DNA of 64,000 nucleotides from Longimicrobiales bacterium. GTDB lineage: Bacteria; Gemmatimonadota; Gemmatimonadetes; Longimicrobiales; Gaopeijiaceae. The stretch spans positions 3,712,001 to 3,776,000 of the forward strand of contig OZ242008.1 of assembly GCA_965204735.1 (NCBI GenBank), read 5' to 3'. The translations under genes and the position numbers were made by a program. Positions 38,192 through 48,177 of this stretch are shown here, piece after piece. The notes under the pieces are model-generated. The model was not told where the DNA came from and did no database searches. It worked only from the letters and a program-made list of their open reading frames with translations. The stretch's first letter is position 1; each line of letters starts with the position of its first letter.

Positions 38192-41100
38192 TCACTCGCT
38201 CGTCAGCGGGCTGTCCGCCGACGGGTCCACTGGCGCCAGCCCGAGCCGGTCCAGCTCCCGGTTCACGGCAGTCAAGTCCCGTTCCCACACTTCGGCCAGC
38301 CGATCAAGGTGCCGCTGAAGCTCGGCGCTCATGATCCCGAAGACCTCGTGCATTCCCTCGTTGGGCCGACCGTCGCCCCGCTCCACCATTGACAGCAAGT
38401 TGGCCAGGCGGTTGTTCACCTTGATGGGAAAGTTGAGGGGGTCCTGGTTGCTCCGGTTCCTGACTTGGTAGATCTCGCCTTCGACGGCTGAAGCGTTCTC
38501 CTCCAGCGTCCGCGCCGCGGCCGCCAGCTCTTCGTCGCCCGCCGCCTCTTCGGACGCCAAGCGGTCCTCGAGCTGCGCCTTGACCCGGCGGACCGCGATC
38601 ACCGCCCGGTTGGCCGCGTCGACCCGTTCCCAGATCCGGCGCGAGAACTCGTACTGTGCGGCCAAGTCGGCGTCGGTCGCGTCGTTGATCCAGGGGTGGC
38701 GGCGGACCTCCACCTCCGTTGTCTCCGCACGCCCGTCGGCGACGAGGCGGAGCGTGTAGCGGCCCGGCGGAACCGTGGGCGCCATCGCGCGGACGCCCCA
38801 CAGGACCATCCCCGGGAAGGTGGCGGCGGATTGGATCTTCAAGTCCCAGTGCAGATGGTTCAACCCCGCTTCGGCGGGCAGGGCCGGTCCGGCCCATCGG
38901 TCGCGGGCGGGCGGGGCGGGCCGGCTGGACTCCTGCGGGTCGCCGCCGGCGGGGGCCGGCTCGTCGCCGCCAGCCTCGTCCGCCGGGTCGTCCGGCACCA
39001 GCGCCGACGCCGCCGCCTCGGGCTCAAAAGTCCGCAGCAGCTCTCCGGAAGCGTCCAGGATCTCCAGCTTGGCGTCGTCGGGCGCTTCCGCAAACCACCA
39101 TGACAGCGCCACGCCGTTGGCGGAGCGGAACGCCGGCGGCGGGTCGAAGAGCGCGACCGACCGCTGGGGCAGGTCTCGCGTCGCCTGCCGCAGGGGGGCG
39201 GCGTTGTCCAGCACCCAGAACCCCCGCCCGTGAGTCCCGATCACCAGCTCGTTGCGCTCGGCCAGCACGTCCACCACAGGGATGACGGGCAGCCCCGGGT
39301 TGAGTTCCTGCCAGCTGCCGCCGTCGTCGTAGGAGACGTATACGCCCTGGTTGGTGCCGGCGTAGAGCAGCCCTTCCCGGTTCGGGTCCTCCGTGACGGC
39401 GTTCACGTAGGCGCCGTAGGGGATGCCGTCGTCGATCCGGGTCCACGTCCGCCCGTAGTCCGCCGACTTCCAGACGTAGGGCGCTCGGTCGTCCAGAAGC
39501 GCGCGCCGGACCGACATGTACGCCTTGGCGGCGTCGAAGGCCGACGGGTCGATCCGGCTCACCCGGCCGAAGTCGGGCATGTCCGGCGGGGTCGCGTTCG
39601 TCCAGGTGGCGCCGCCGTCGCGGGTCACGTGCACAAGGCCGTCGTCCGATCCGGTCCAGATCACGTCCTCGTCCAGCTTGCCCAGTCCCACCGAGAAGAT
39701 GGTGGCGTAGACCTCGGGGCCGTTCATGTCGCCGGTGATTGGGCCGCCGGAGCGTCCCAGCGTGGCCGGGTCGGCTCGCGTCAGGTCGTCGCTGATCCGC
39801 TCCCACGAGGCGCCGCCGTCTTCGCTGCGCCACAGCCGGTTGGACGCGGCGTAGAGCGCGGACGGGTTCAGGGGCGAGAAGACGATGGGGAAGGTCCACT
39901 GCCAGCGCTCCACCATGTCGATCGCGGGCTCGCCGGAGTAGAACCAGGGGTAGGGAACGACTTCGCGGGTGGTCCCCAGCCGCCGGTTGTACTTGTCGAT
40001 GTAGCGGCCGTTGTTGACGCCCGAGTAGAAGACGTCCAGGTCCTGCGGGTCCGGCGCGATGTAGCCCGGCTCGCCGCCTCCCGCCCGGTAGGCCACGGCC
40101 ATGGACCCCTCCGTGATGCTCTCCGGCCGGCTTCCCCGGGCCGGCGCCCCGAAGCCCATCCGGCTCGCGTTCCACGCCGACGGCAGGCACAACGTGCTGT
40201 TGTCCTGCTGCGAGCCGCAGACGTGGAAGGGGACGTGAGCCGTGGCGACGGCGTGGTAGAACTGGGCCGTGGAGAAGTCCTGCTCCGTCCAGTGTCCCCC
40301 GGTGTCGAAGCTGACCGCGCCGCCCCCGTCGTTGGCCACCACCACGTGCGACGGGTCCTCCGGGTCGATCCAGAAGTCGTGAAAGTCGCCGTGGGTTCCG
40401 TTGTTGATGACTTCGTAGCTCGCGCCGCCGTCCTCGGACCGGAAGAACGATGTGTTCTGCACGTACACCACGTCCTCGTCGTGGTGGTCCGCAAAGACGT
40501 GGGTGTAGTAGAACGCCCGCTGGCGGATGCGCCGCTCGTCGTTGACCAGCGTCCAGCTCGCCCCGGCGTCGTCGCTGCTGAAGAGGCCGCCGTCGGCGTG
40601 CTCGAAGAGGGCGTAGACCCGGTTGGAGTTGGCGCTGGAGACGGCCAGGCCGATCTTCCCCACCACGCCCTCCGCCGGCATCCCCGGGGCGCGGGTGATC
40701 TCGGTCCACGTCTCGCCGCCGTCCACGCTCTTGAACATCCCGCTCCCCGGCCCGCCCGACGACATCGTGTACTCCTTGCGGAACGCCTCCCACAGCGAGG
40801 CGTAGATCACGTCCGGGTCGTTGCGGTCGATCTCGACGTCGATCGCGCCGGTTCGCTCGTCGCGGTAGAGGATCCGCCGCCACGTCTCGCCCCCGTCGGC
40901 GCTCTTGTAGAGCCCCCGCTCCTCGCTGGGCGCGCTGTACTTCCCGAACGATGCGACGTAGACGATCTCCGGGTTCGTCGGATGGATGCGGATCTTTGAG
41001 ATCGCGTCGGCCTCCGAGAACCCCACATGCTCCCATGTGGCTCCGGCGTCCCGGCTCCGGTAGAGTCCGTCGCCCGGGAGGATGTTGCCCCGTATGCACG

Positions 41101-41530
41101 TCTCTCCGGTGCCGATGAAGACCAGGTCGGGGTCCGACTCGCTGACCGCCACCGCCCCCACCGACGCGGAGCCGATCTTGAAGTCGGTGACCGGAAACCA
41201 GTTCTCGCCGCCGTCGGTCGTCTTCCACAGCCCTCCGCCGGTGGCGCCGAAGTACGCCTCCATCGGACGGCCGACGACCCCGCTCGCGGCGATCGAGCGT
41301 CCGCCGCGGTCGGGTCCCAGGTTCCGCCAGTGGTAGCCGGCGAGGAAGGCGGAGTCGAGGAAGGGCTGCTGGGACTGCGCGTCGTCCGCCGGCTGGGGCA
41401 GGGCTTGCGCGGGCGGGACGGCGAGAGCGGCGACGACGGCTGCGACGACCGGCACCAAGCCAGCGCTGATCCGCTGACCAGCGCCCGGGGCGCCGGGGCC
41501 GCGCAGAAGGTGGTTGCGGAGGGGGTTCAC
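38192..41530 (-). CDS. secreted VPS10/sortilin-like BNR-repeat glycosyl hydrolase-like protein
   Basis: Many Asp-box SxDGGxTW repeats; WRNLGP..GGR; signal-peptide-like N-terminus. Confidence 0.87.
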   Translation of the reverse strand: MNPLRNHLLRGPGAPGAGQRISAGLVPVVAAVVAALAVPPAQALPQPADDAQSQQPFLDSAFLAGYHWRNLGPDRGGRSIAASGVVGRPMEAYFGATGGGLWKTTDGGENWFPVTDFKIGSASVGAVAVSESDPDLVFIGTGETCIRGNILPGDGLYRSRDAGATWEHVGFSEADAISKIRIHPTNPEIVYVASFGKYSAPSEERGLYKSADGGETWRRILYRDERTGAIDVEIDRNDPDVIYASLWEAFRKEYTMSSGGPGSGMFKSVDGGETWTEITRAPGMPAEGVVGKIGLAVSSANSNRVYALFEHADGGLFSSDDAGASWTLVNDERRIRQRAFYYTHVFADHHDEDVVYVQNTSFFRSEDGGASYEVINNGTHGDFHDFWIDPEDPSHVVVANDGGGAVSFDTGGHWTEQDFSTAQFYHAVATAHVPFHVCGSQQDNSTLCLPSAWNASRMGFGAPARGSRPESITEGSMAVAYRAGGGEPGYIAPDPQDLDVFYSGVNNGRYIDKYNRRLGTTREVVPYPWFYSGEPAIDMVERWQWTFPIVFSPLNPSALYAASNRLWRSEDGGASWERISDDLTRADPATLGRSGGPITGDMNGPEVYATIFSVGLGKLDEDVIWTGSDDGLVHVTRDGGATWTNATPPDMPDFGRVSRIDPSAFDAAKAYMSVRRALLDDRAPYVWKSADYGRTWTRIDDGIPYGAYVNAVTEDPNREGLLYAGTNQGVYVSYDDGGSWQELNPGLPVIPVVDVLAERNELVIGTHGRGFWVLDNAAPLRQATRDLPQRSVALFDPPPAFRSANGVALSWWFAEAPDDAKLEILDASGELLRTFEPEAAASALVPDDPADEAGGDEPAPAGGDPQESSRPAPPARDRWAGPALPAEAGLNHLHWDLKIQSAATFPGMVLWGVRAMAPTVPPGRYTLRLVADGRAETTEVEVRRHPWINDATDADLAAQYEFSRRIWERVDAANRAVIAVRRVKAQLEDRLASEEAAGDEELAAAARTLEENASAVEGEIYQVRNRSNQDPLNFPIKVNNRLANLLSMVERGDGRPNEGMHEVFGIMSAELQRHLDRLAEVWERDLTAVNRELDRLGLAPVDPSADSPLTSE

Positions 41531-41657
41531 GGCGTCTTCTCGGGGTCGGGGAGAGTCGGAGTGCGAGTACCCGACCAAGGTACGCCGAAGGATGGGGGTT
41601 GGCACGGCGTGGCCGATTGGCCGCCTGGGGCGCTTCGTGTCGCCGCTTTCGTGGAGA

Positions 41658-41731
<74 letters not shown>

Positions 41732-41747
41732 GTTCAGGGGGGATCGA

Positions 41748-41775
41748 AAGATAGGAAGGGGTGTTCGCGAGTCAA
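41748..41775 (-). promoter_or_regulatory. sigma70-type promoter of the tRNA
   Basis: TTGACT-16 bp-TATCTT, ending 16 nt upstream of the tRNA. Confidence 0.7.
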
Positions 41776-41830
41776 CCCCGGCCTCGTTGCCTCGCTCGTG
41801 CCGGCAGGCGATACTGCAGCTGTGTCCTGC

Positions 41831-43072
41831 ATGGACGGGGCGGCCAAGCTCCACGGGATCACCCAGACGGAGGAACCGGCAGTGGCCGGAGCGCGTTCGA
41901 ACCCAGTGGACCGGTGGAGCTGGGCCTGCCCAATCGGGCGGGCGGCGACTCGATGGGCCGGATTGCTGTTGGCCGGGATGGTTGGTTGCGGTCCCGAGAC
42001 CTCAGATGTCCATTCCTTCTTTTCCGACGGATGCCGACTCGATCGTACGGTTGCCGAGCCGTGTACCTCTTGCCTCCAGCTCGACCTCGCGACGACGCTC
42101 GGTGCGGCCGACGACGCAGGCTTCTTGACGGACAGGGGCACGCTGGGCGACATCGTGCGTGACGACAGCGGCAACTACTGGGTAGGTCAGCGAGATCAGA
42201 TCAAGCTCTTTGATTCGACCGGCACCTTCATTACCGCGGTCGGCCGGGCAGGCCAAGGTCCAATGGAATTCGCCTTCGCACAGCCAATGCACACGGATTC
42301 TCTTGGACGAGTACACGTCTTCGACAACCGCAACGCGAGGGTGTCCGTAATCGGGCCCGACCTGACCTTGCGCGAAACTAGAGCTCTGCCCGCCACAGCC
42401 GTGATGGCGATGACGCCGGTAGCTGACGGCAGTCGCTATGCCATCCAGGCTTGGATGCCAGATGAGGAGCGCATCGGCCTTCCCATCCACGTCGTGGATG
42501 GCGAGAAGACCATCAAGTCCTTGGGGGCCGGCCCCGAGCTTGCTCAAGGCGCGGAGGGCCTCACGTCCTTCACGGCACAACGCCGACTCACAACTGGTCC
42601 AGATGGCTATATCTTCAGTTCCCACTACTACGACTATATTGTAGAAGCATGGTCAGAGGACGGCTTGCGGCTCGGCAGACTGTCAGGACCGGTACTGCAC
42701 GAAGGGCCACGTGTTCCCGGTCCTTGGACCTGGGAGAACCCTCCTTGGAATGAAATCCACGACATTATGGTCGATTCCAGCCATCGCCTTTGGATCGTAT
42801 TTCGCTACAGACGGCCTGACTGGAAAAACGCTATGGTTGAACTCCTTGGACCCCAAGGCCAAGTACTGCTGGCACCCGAGGACGGGAGTCTGTCTTCGTA
42901 CTACCACAGCCGCATAGATGTCGTTGACCTGCACACCTGCTCTACATTGGCAAGTCAGTGGCGTGACGGCGTCTTGATGACTTTCGTGAAAGAGGGCATG
43001 GTGTCGGAAGTTGCATATGATGACGTTGGACGAGAGGTCGTCAATATCTGGCGACTCACCTATACTCGCTAG
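41831..43072 (+). CDS. 6-bladed beta-propeller (NHL-like) lipoprotein; start uncertain
   Basis: LLLAGMVGC lipobox; FDSTGTFITAVGRAGQGPMEF. Confidence 0.7.
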   Translation: MDGAAKLHGITQTEEPAVAGARSNPVDRWSWACPIGRAATRWAGLLLAGMVGCGPETSDVHSFFSDGCRLDRTVAEPCTSCLQLDLATTLGAADDAGFLTDRGTLGDIVRDDSGNYWVGQRDQIKLFDSTGTFITAVGRAGQGPMEFAFAQPMHTDSLGRVHVFDNRNARVSVIGPDLTLRETRALPATAVMAMTPVADGSRYAIQAWMPDEERIGLPIHVVDGEKTIKSLGAGPELAQGAEGLTSFTAQRRLTTGPDGYIFSSHYYDYIVEAWSEDGLRLGRLSGPVLHEGPRVPGPWTWENPPWNEIHDIMVDSSHRLWIVFRYRRPDWKNAMVELLGPQGQVLLAPEDGSLSSYYHSRIDVVDLHTCSTLASQWRDGVLMTFVKEGMVSEVAYDDVGREVVNIWRLTYTR

Positions 43073-44827
43073 CCCGGATTTCTCACAAGTGGGGGCAGGC
43101 ATCGGCCTCTCGAAGGTCGTTATGTTAGGTCGTGAAAGGGATTCCCGACCTCGACCCCGAGAGACCGATGCCGACACAGCGTACCCAGTTCCCGTTCTCG
43201 AAGCAAGCCTCGAGCGGACGCAAGGTGGTGGCCGCCTTCGACGGCGGGGCCGTCTCGTCCAACGCCGGCGCACTGCTCCTGCGCCAGGCGGCCGAGGCGG
43301 GAAAGTTCTTCGACCAGGTCGCCGCCTGCTTCCAGGACCACCGGGACCCGAGCCGCGTCGAGCACTCGGTGCGGACGCTGGTGAGCCAGCGCATCACGGG
43401 CATCGCCCTGGGACACGAGGACGTGGCCGACCACGACCAGCTGCGCCACGACCCCGTGCTGGCGCTGCTGGCCGAGAAGCGCGGACCGCGGCGCAAGGGA
43501 TGCGCCGTCCTGGCGGGCAAGGCCACGCTGAACCGGCTCGAGAACGGACAGTCGGCCGGCGCGCCGGGGCGGTACCACAAGATCACCGCCGATCTGGAGG
43601 CGCTGTCGAACCTGCTGGTGGACCGCTTCATGGAGCGGGCGACCACACGGCGCGCCAGGCGCCGCCGAGCCGCGCGTCCGCGCCGTCGGCGACTGTCGCG
43701 GCGCAAGCCGCCGAGTCGGATCGTGCTGGACATCGATCCCACCGATGTCGAGATGCACGGCGCCCAGGAGGGTCGGCGCTGGCACGGCTACTACGGCCAC
43801 CACTGCTGCCTGCCGCTGTACGTGGTCTGCGGGCGGCACACGCTGGGCGTGGCGCTGCGCGCGGGCAACGCGGGTCCCCTGGAGGGCGCCGTGGACGAGC
43901 TCGAGCGCATCGTCTCGCGGATCCGCGCACGGTGGCCGGGCACCGAGTTCGTGGTGCGGGCGGACGCCGGATACGGCAAGGACGAACTCATGAGTTGGTG
44001 CGAGGCCCGGGGCGTGCACTACATCCTCGGACTGGCCAAGAACGAGCGGCTCGTGGAGGCCGTCGGCTGGGACCTGGCCGACGCCGAGGCCGAGTGCGAG
44101 GCCAAGGGCCGGGCGGCGCGCCGATACGTGGACTTCGAGTACGCGACGCGGAAGACCTGGTCGAAGAAGCGCCGGGTCGTGGGCAAGGCCGAGTGGCTGC
44201 CGGGCAAGGCGAACCCCCGGTTCGTCGCCACTTCGCTGCCCCGCTCGATGGTCCGCGCACGGGCTCTCTACGAGCACCTCTACTGTGGGCGGGGGCGCAT
44301 GGAGAACGTGATCAAGGAGCAGCAGCTGGACCTCTTCGGCGAGCGGCTCTCCGCCTCCGCCATGGCGGCCAACCAGCTGCGGCTCATCTTCTCCGCGCTG
44401 GCCGGCGCGCTGATCGAGCAGCTGCGCGAAGCGCTGCACAACACGCGCCTCGCCCGCGCCACGGCCGCCACGCTGCGGGCGCAGTTGCTCAAGATCGGAG
44501 CGCGCGTGCTGGTCTCGGTCCGGCGCGTCAAGGTCGCCATGGACTCGAACCACCCTCGCCACCACGAGTTCGCCCTGGCCTACACCCGGCTCCAGACCTA
44601 GCCGCCGCGGCACGGTCTCCCGCCGATACCCGGCCCGGGCCGCTTCGTGCACGGAGTGCCTGCGCCGCCCGAAAATGGGGCCCTCGGACTCCGCCCACGC
44701 GCACCCCACGGGCGTCCCTGCGCCCCTCTTCTCGCCCCGCGACCTGCAAATCCTCCCATCTCAGCCTTCCCTTGCCCTTCTCATGGCCACCCAAGCCGGC
44801 GTTCCAACGAGTTGTGAGAAATGCGGG
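43073..44827 (+). mobile_element. IS1380-family element
   Basis: Inverted repeats cccggatttctcacaa / ttgtgagaaatgcggg (1 mismatch); CTAG on both flanks. Confidence 0.93.
43168..44601 (+). CDS. IS1380 DDE transposase
   Basis: FDGGAVSSNAG, LDIDPT, HGYY, VRADAG, RGRMENVIKE, ANQLRL. Confidence 0.92.
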   Translation: MPTQRTQFPFSKQASSGRKVVAAFDGGAVSSNAGALLLRQAAEAGKFFDQVAACFQDHRDPSRVEHSVRTLVSQRITGIALGHEDVADHDQLRHDPVLALLAEKRGPRRKGCAVLAGKATLNRLENGQSAGAPGRYHKITADLEALSNLLVDRFMERATTRRARRRRAARPRRRRLSRRKPPSRIVLDIDPTDVEMHGAQEGRRWHGYYGHHCCLPLYVVCGRHTLGVALRAGNAGPLEGAVDELERIVSRIRARWPGTEFVVRADAGYGKDELMSWCEARGVHYILGLAKNERLVEAVGWDLADAEAECEAKGRAARRYVDFEYATRKTWSKKRRVVGKAEWLPGKANPRFVATSLPRSMVRARALYEHLYCGRGRMENVIKEQQLDLFGERLSASAMAANQLRLIFSALAGALIEQLREALHNTRLARATAATLRAQLLKIGARVLVSVRRVKVAMDSNHPRHHEFALAYTRLQT

Positions 44828-45028
44828 CTAGCTAGGGCCGGCGGCTGCGACGACCGGCGCAAGGACAGCACCGATCCGGCTGCCGCTCGGAGCACCGGGG
44901 CCGCGAAGAAGGCGATTGCGGAGTTGCCGGTCGCCCGGTTGCGGCTCGCCGACGGGCTGCCGCATTCGCGAGTCAACCCCGCCCTCGCTCGCGAGCTTGG
45001 CGAAAGCGGTTCCTGTCGGTTGCTCGAT

Positions 45029-45838
45029 TCAGGGTCTGATCGCGATCGGCCGGCTGGCGTGCTGGGCCGATCCCACCATCCCGAAGCCGCCTTCCACGTT
45101 CTGGACCGGGGGCACCTTGAAGAGCTGTCCGGCATGTCCCGTCGTCAGGTAGGCGTGGTAGTGCCGGTCCACCGCGGACACGACCAGCGTGGGGACTGGA
45201 CCAGCGCTGTCGATCGCCTCCCGAGGGATCGCGGCGTTGAAGCTTGTGCCGGGCAAGTCTGCGGACCACCCGGGCGAACAACACCAGTTCGTGTCCCAGT
45301 ACACTACCCCCATCAAGTAGCGGTGAGCGGCGAGGCTCGGAGTCCACGAGGCCGAGAGCACGTTCCCCGACAGCTCCGTCCTGTCGATTTCGAAGTTGCC
45401 GACTACGCGGGTCGTGCCGCTGGCCGTCGGGTGCCCGTCGGCAGTCGCCTCGATCTTGTACGTTGCGCCCGGCTCCACGACGACCGGCAGCGCTAGGCAG
45501 TACTGCCAGTGGGAGATGGCCTTGTCGGAGAAGCATGGGTAGTTGTTCTCGAACAACTCCTGCGCACGCGGGAAAGTGTCCGTGGCTTCGGCGACGAAGG
45601 CCCAGTCCGATCCTGCCGAATCGGGCGCCCGCTTGTGCATGCGGACAGTCACGCCCGACAGAGCAGGGTCGACTTGGTCCGTGGACGCCACCGCGACCGC
45701 CTGCCTGGTGGAGTCGGGGTTGAGGATGGCGAAGAGGACGAGCTGTCCACCGAGCCCGGGCCGAGGCTCCGGATGGACGACGTCGCAGGAAGCGGCCACC
45801 GTCGTGGCGATGAGAAGTGGGACGAACGCGGGGCGCAT
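45029..45838 (-). CDS. DUF4249-like lipoprotein
   Basis: VAASC lipobox; NVEGGFGMVGS; lies downstream of a TonB receptor. Confidence 0.72.
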   Translation of the reverse strand: MRPAFVPLLIATTVAASCDVVHPEPRPGLGGQLVLFAILNPDSTRQAVAVASTDQVDPALSGVTVRMHKRAPDSAGSDWAFVAEATDTFPRAQELFENNYPCFSDKAISHWQYCLALPVVVEPGATYKIEATADGHPTASGTTRVVGNFEIDRTELSGNVLSASWTPSLAAHRYLMGVVYWDTNWCCSPGWSADLPGTSFNAAIPREAIDSAGPVPTLVVSAVDRHYHAYLTTGHAGQLFKVPPVQNVEGGFGMVGSAQHASRPIAIRP

Positions 45839-45840
45839 GG

Positions 45841-48165
45841 CTAGCCTCCTTCTGGGACTCGGGGTTGGAAGCGGAAGTCGATGCCGATGAAGGGGATTCG
45901 ACGCAGCTGGTCGAGCGAAGTGTATATGGGTCGTCCGGCGAGTCCTTCGCCGAAACTGTCGTAGAGCAGGACGTTTTTCCTGTCGGCCAAGTTGACGACC
46001 GATGCGAAGGGAACGATCTCCCATGCGCCCCAGCCCACTTTGTAGCGCACGGTCGCGTCGTACCGGGCGTACAGCGGTACTCGGCCTTGAACTTGCGACC
46101 ACAAGGGGATGCCTCCCGAGGCCCCTGTGTAGTGATTGCGTCTCTCGACGCTGGCCGCCGCGGGAAAGTACGGATCGTACACCGAAGTCACGTATCTCCC
46201 ACTGGGGAGCCAGAAGGGGGTGCCCGTTCCGACGACGGCGCGCAGCGAGGCCTCGATCCCGCTCGACAGCGTCAGCGACATCGTGCCGTCCACCTCGTGT
46301 CTGCGGTCCCATTGGGGGTAGTAGTCGGCGCCTTCGACGTCGGCGAAGGCCACGCGCGCCCACTGGTAGGTGATCCAGCCGCGAACTTGGCCGGAGTGCC
46401 GTTGCACAGTTGCCTCGAAGCCCCGGGCGGATCCGTCATTGAACTCCAGCTCGCCGAAGTCGCGGGACGTGTCTGCTCGCCAGTGCGGAACGTCCCGGAA
46501 CCGACGGGCCCACCCGGCCAATGATGCGGTCCAGGCGTCGCCACGCCACAGGTCGAGCGCCAAGCTTGCCCCGTCGGCCACCGACGCCGGTCGGCTCGAA
46601 TCGTGCACGAACCACATCGGGGCGCCGGGCAGGGTGTACAGGGCGTCGCGGAGCACGGAGAGGAACTGGTACGTCCTGTCCAGGGTGGCGCTCACCGCGA
46701 AGCTCTCTTGCCGATAGCGCGCGGCGAGCCGGGGTTCGAGGAAGACTCGCGACGCCTTGTTCTCGACGCCGGCCCTGACGCCCGACGTCAGCCGGAACGG
46801 GCCAATCCATCGCTCGACCTCGGCGAACGCGGAACCGTGCAGGTACGACCCGGAGGCGTCTCCCGTCATGTACGCGCCCAGCTCGGAGCCGATCAACTCC
46901 ACGGGACCTCCCTCGACGGCAACGCCGGCCCGAAGCCCCGTGAGTTCGCCCCGCACCGAGATGCTCGACCGCAGGCCCGTGGCTTCAATGCCGCTGGTCG
47001 TGGCCGGCGAAGAAGACGAACCTCCCAGCGCCAAGCGGCCGCCGTAGCGGCTGTGGTAGCCAGTGACGTCGACCGCAAGGCGGTTGCCGCGAACCCATGA
47101 CCAGCCGAGCGAGCCGGCAAAGTTCTTCCATCTGGAGTTTAGGGTGGCCGACTCCCTGTTTTCGCCGAACAGCCACCTGTAGTCGTCGTCGGACGCAAAG
47201 ACGGACAGTCGCAGGCGGTGCGCCGCGCCCGGATGCGCCTGGAGAGTGAAGTTCAGGTCGTGGAACGAGTAGGGAATGCCGATCTTGGCCACGTCCACGG
47301 TTGCCTTGCGTCCCGCCGCCATCCACCGAAGATCGCCCCACGGCACCGAGCCGTCGGCGACGATGCGGAGGCCGACCACGCTGAGCCCGCCGCTGACGCG
47401 GATTCGGTCGGAGCCGCCGGAACGCTGGCGTGCCGAGACGACGCCGGAGAGGGAGCCGCCGTGGCGGGCGGGCAGGGAGCCCTTGTAGAACTCGGTCGTC
47501 TCAATGGCGTCGGCGTTGAAGGCACCGAACATGCCGAACATGTGGTACGGCGCGAAGACGGGCGCGCCGTCCACCAGCACGGACACCTGGCCACCGTCGC
47601 CGCCGCGCACGAAGAGCTGTCCGCCCAGGTCGCTGACGCTGGTGACGCCCGCTGCAGCCTGCAGGCTTCGGAAGACGTCGGGCTCGCCGACCGTCGGCAC
47701 GGCCTTGATCTCGGCCTGCGTCATGCCCACCGCGCCCACGACCACTTCTCGGTCGAACATCGTCCTGTGCAGCTCGCGGGACGTCATCCTGCGCTCGGCG
47801 GCCACGGTAAGCGGCGGGAGGGCCACGGCGGCGCGCTCGAGCCTGAACTCGACGACGGAGCCGTCCTGGGGAACCTGCACAAGGGTGTCCAAGTCGGCGT
47901 AGCCCAGCCGGGTGGCCAGGACGCGCACCGTTCCGACCGCCTCCGGCGCGGAGGTCAGCCCACGGTCGTTGGTGATGCGGGTTGCGTTGTGGTCGGGGAA
48001 GGCGAGCAGCACGCTGCCCACCGACTTCCCCGACGTGCGATCGACGGTGCGGACCACCCAGGCCCCCGGAGGGGGGACCTGGGCGCGGCTCGAGTCGGCC
48101 TGTGCCGCGACGGCCGACCCGAGCCAGACCGCGACCGCCGCTACGAAGGTTGCGTTGGTCGTCAT
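45841..48165 (-). CDS. TonB-dependent receptor
   Basis: Plug region GEPDVFRSLQ..FVRGG; HMFGMF; DRRH; C-terminal beta strand. Confidence 0.85.
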   Translation of the reverse strand: MTTNATFVAAVAVWLGSAVAAQADSSRAQVPPPGAWVVRTVDRTSGKSVGSVLLAFPDHNATRITNDRGLTSAPEAVGTVRVLATRLGYADLDTLVQVPQDGSVVEFRLERAAVALPPLTVAAERRMTSRELHRTMFDREVVVGAVGMTQAEIKAVPTVGEPDVFRSLQAAAGVTSVSDLGGQLFVRGGDGGQVSVLVDGAPVFAPYHMFGMFGAFNADAIETTEFYKGSLPARHGGSLSGVVSARQRSGGSDRIRVSGGLSVVGLRIVADGSVPWGDLRWMAAGRKATVDVAKIGIPYSFHDLNFTLQAHPGAAHRLRLSVFASDDDYRWLFGENRESATLNSRWKNFAGSLGWSWVRGNRLAVDVTGYHSRYGGRLALGGSSSSPATTSGIEATGLRSSISVRGELTGLRAGVAVEGGPVELIGSELGAYMTGDASGSYLHGSAFAEVERWIGPFRLTSGVRAGVENKASRVFLEPRLAARYRQESFAVSATLDRTYQFLSVLRDALYTLPGAPMWFVHDSSRPASVADGASLALDLWRGDAWTASLAGWARRFRDVPHWRADTSRDFGELEFNDGSARGFEATVQRHSGQVRGWITYQWARVAFADVEGADYYPQWDRRHEVDGTMSLTLSSGIEASLRAVVGTGTPFWLPSGRYVTSVYDPYFPAAASVERRNHYTGASGGIPLWSQVQGRVPLYARYDATVRYKVGWGAWEIVPFASVVNLADRKNVLLYDSFGEGLAGRPIYTSLDQLRRIPFIGIDFRFQPRVPEGG

Positions 48166-48177
48166 GATGTCTGTCCT

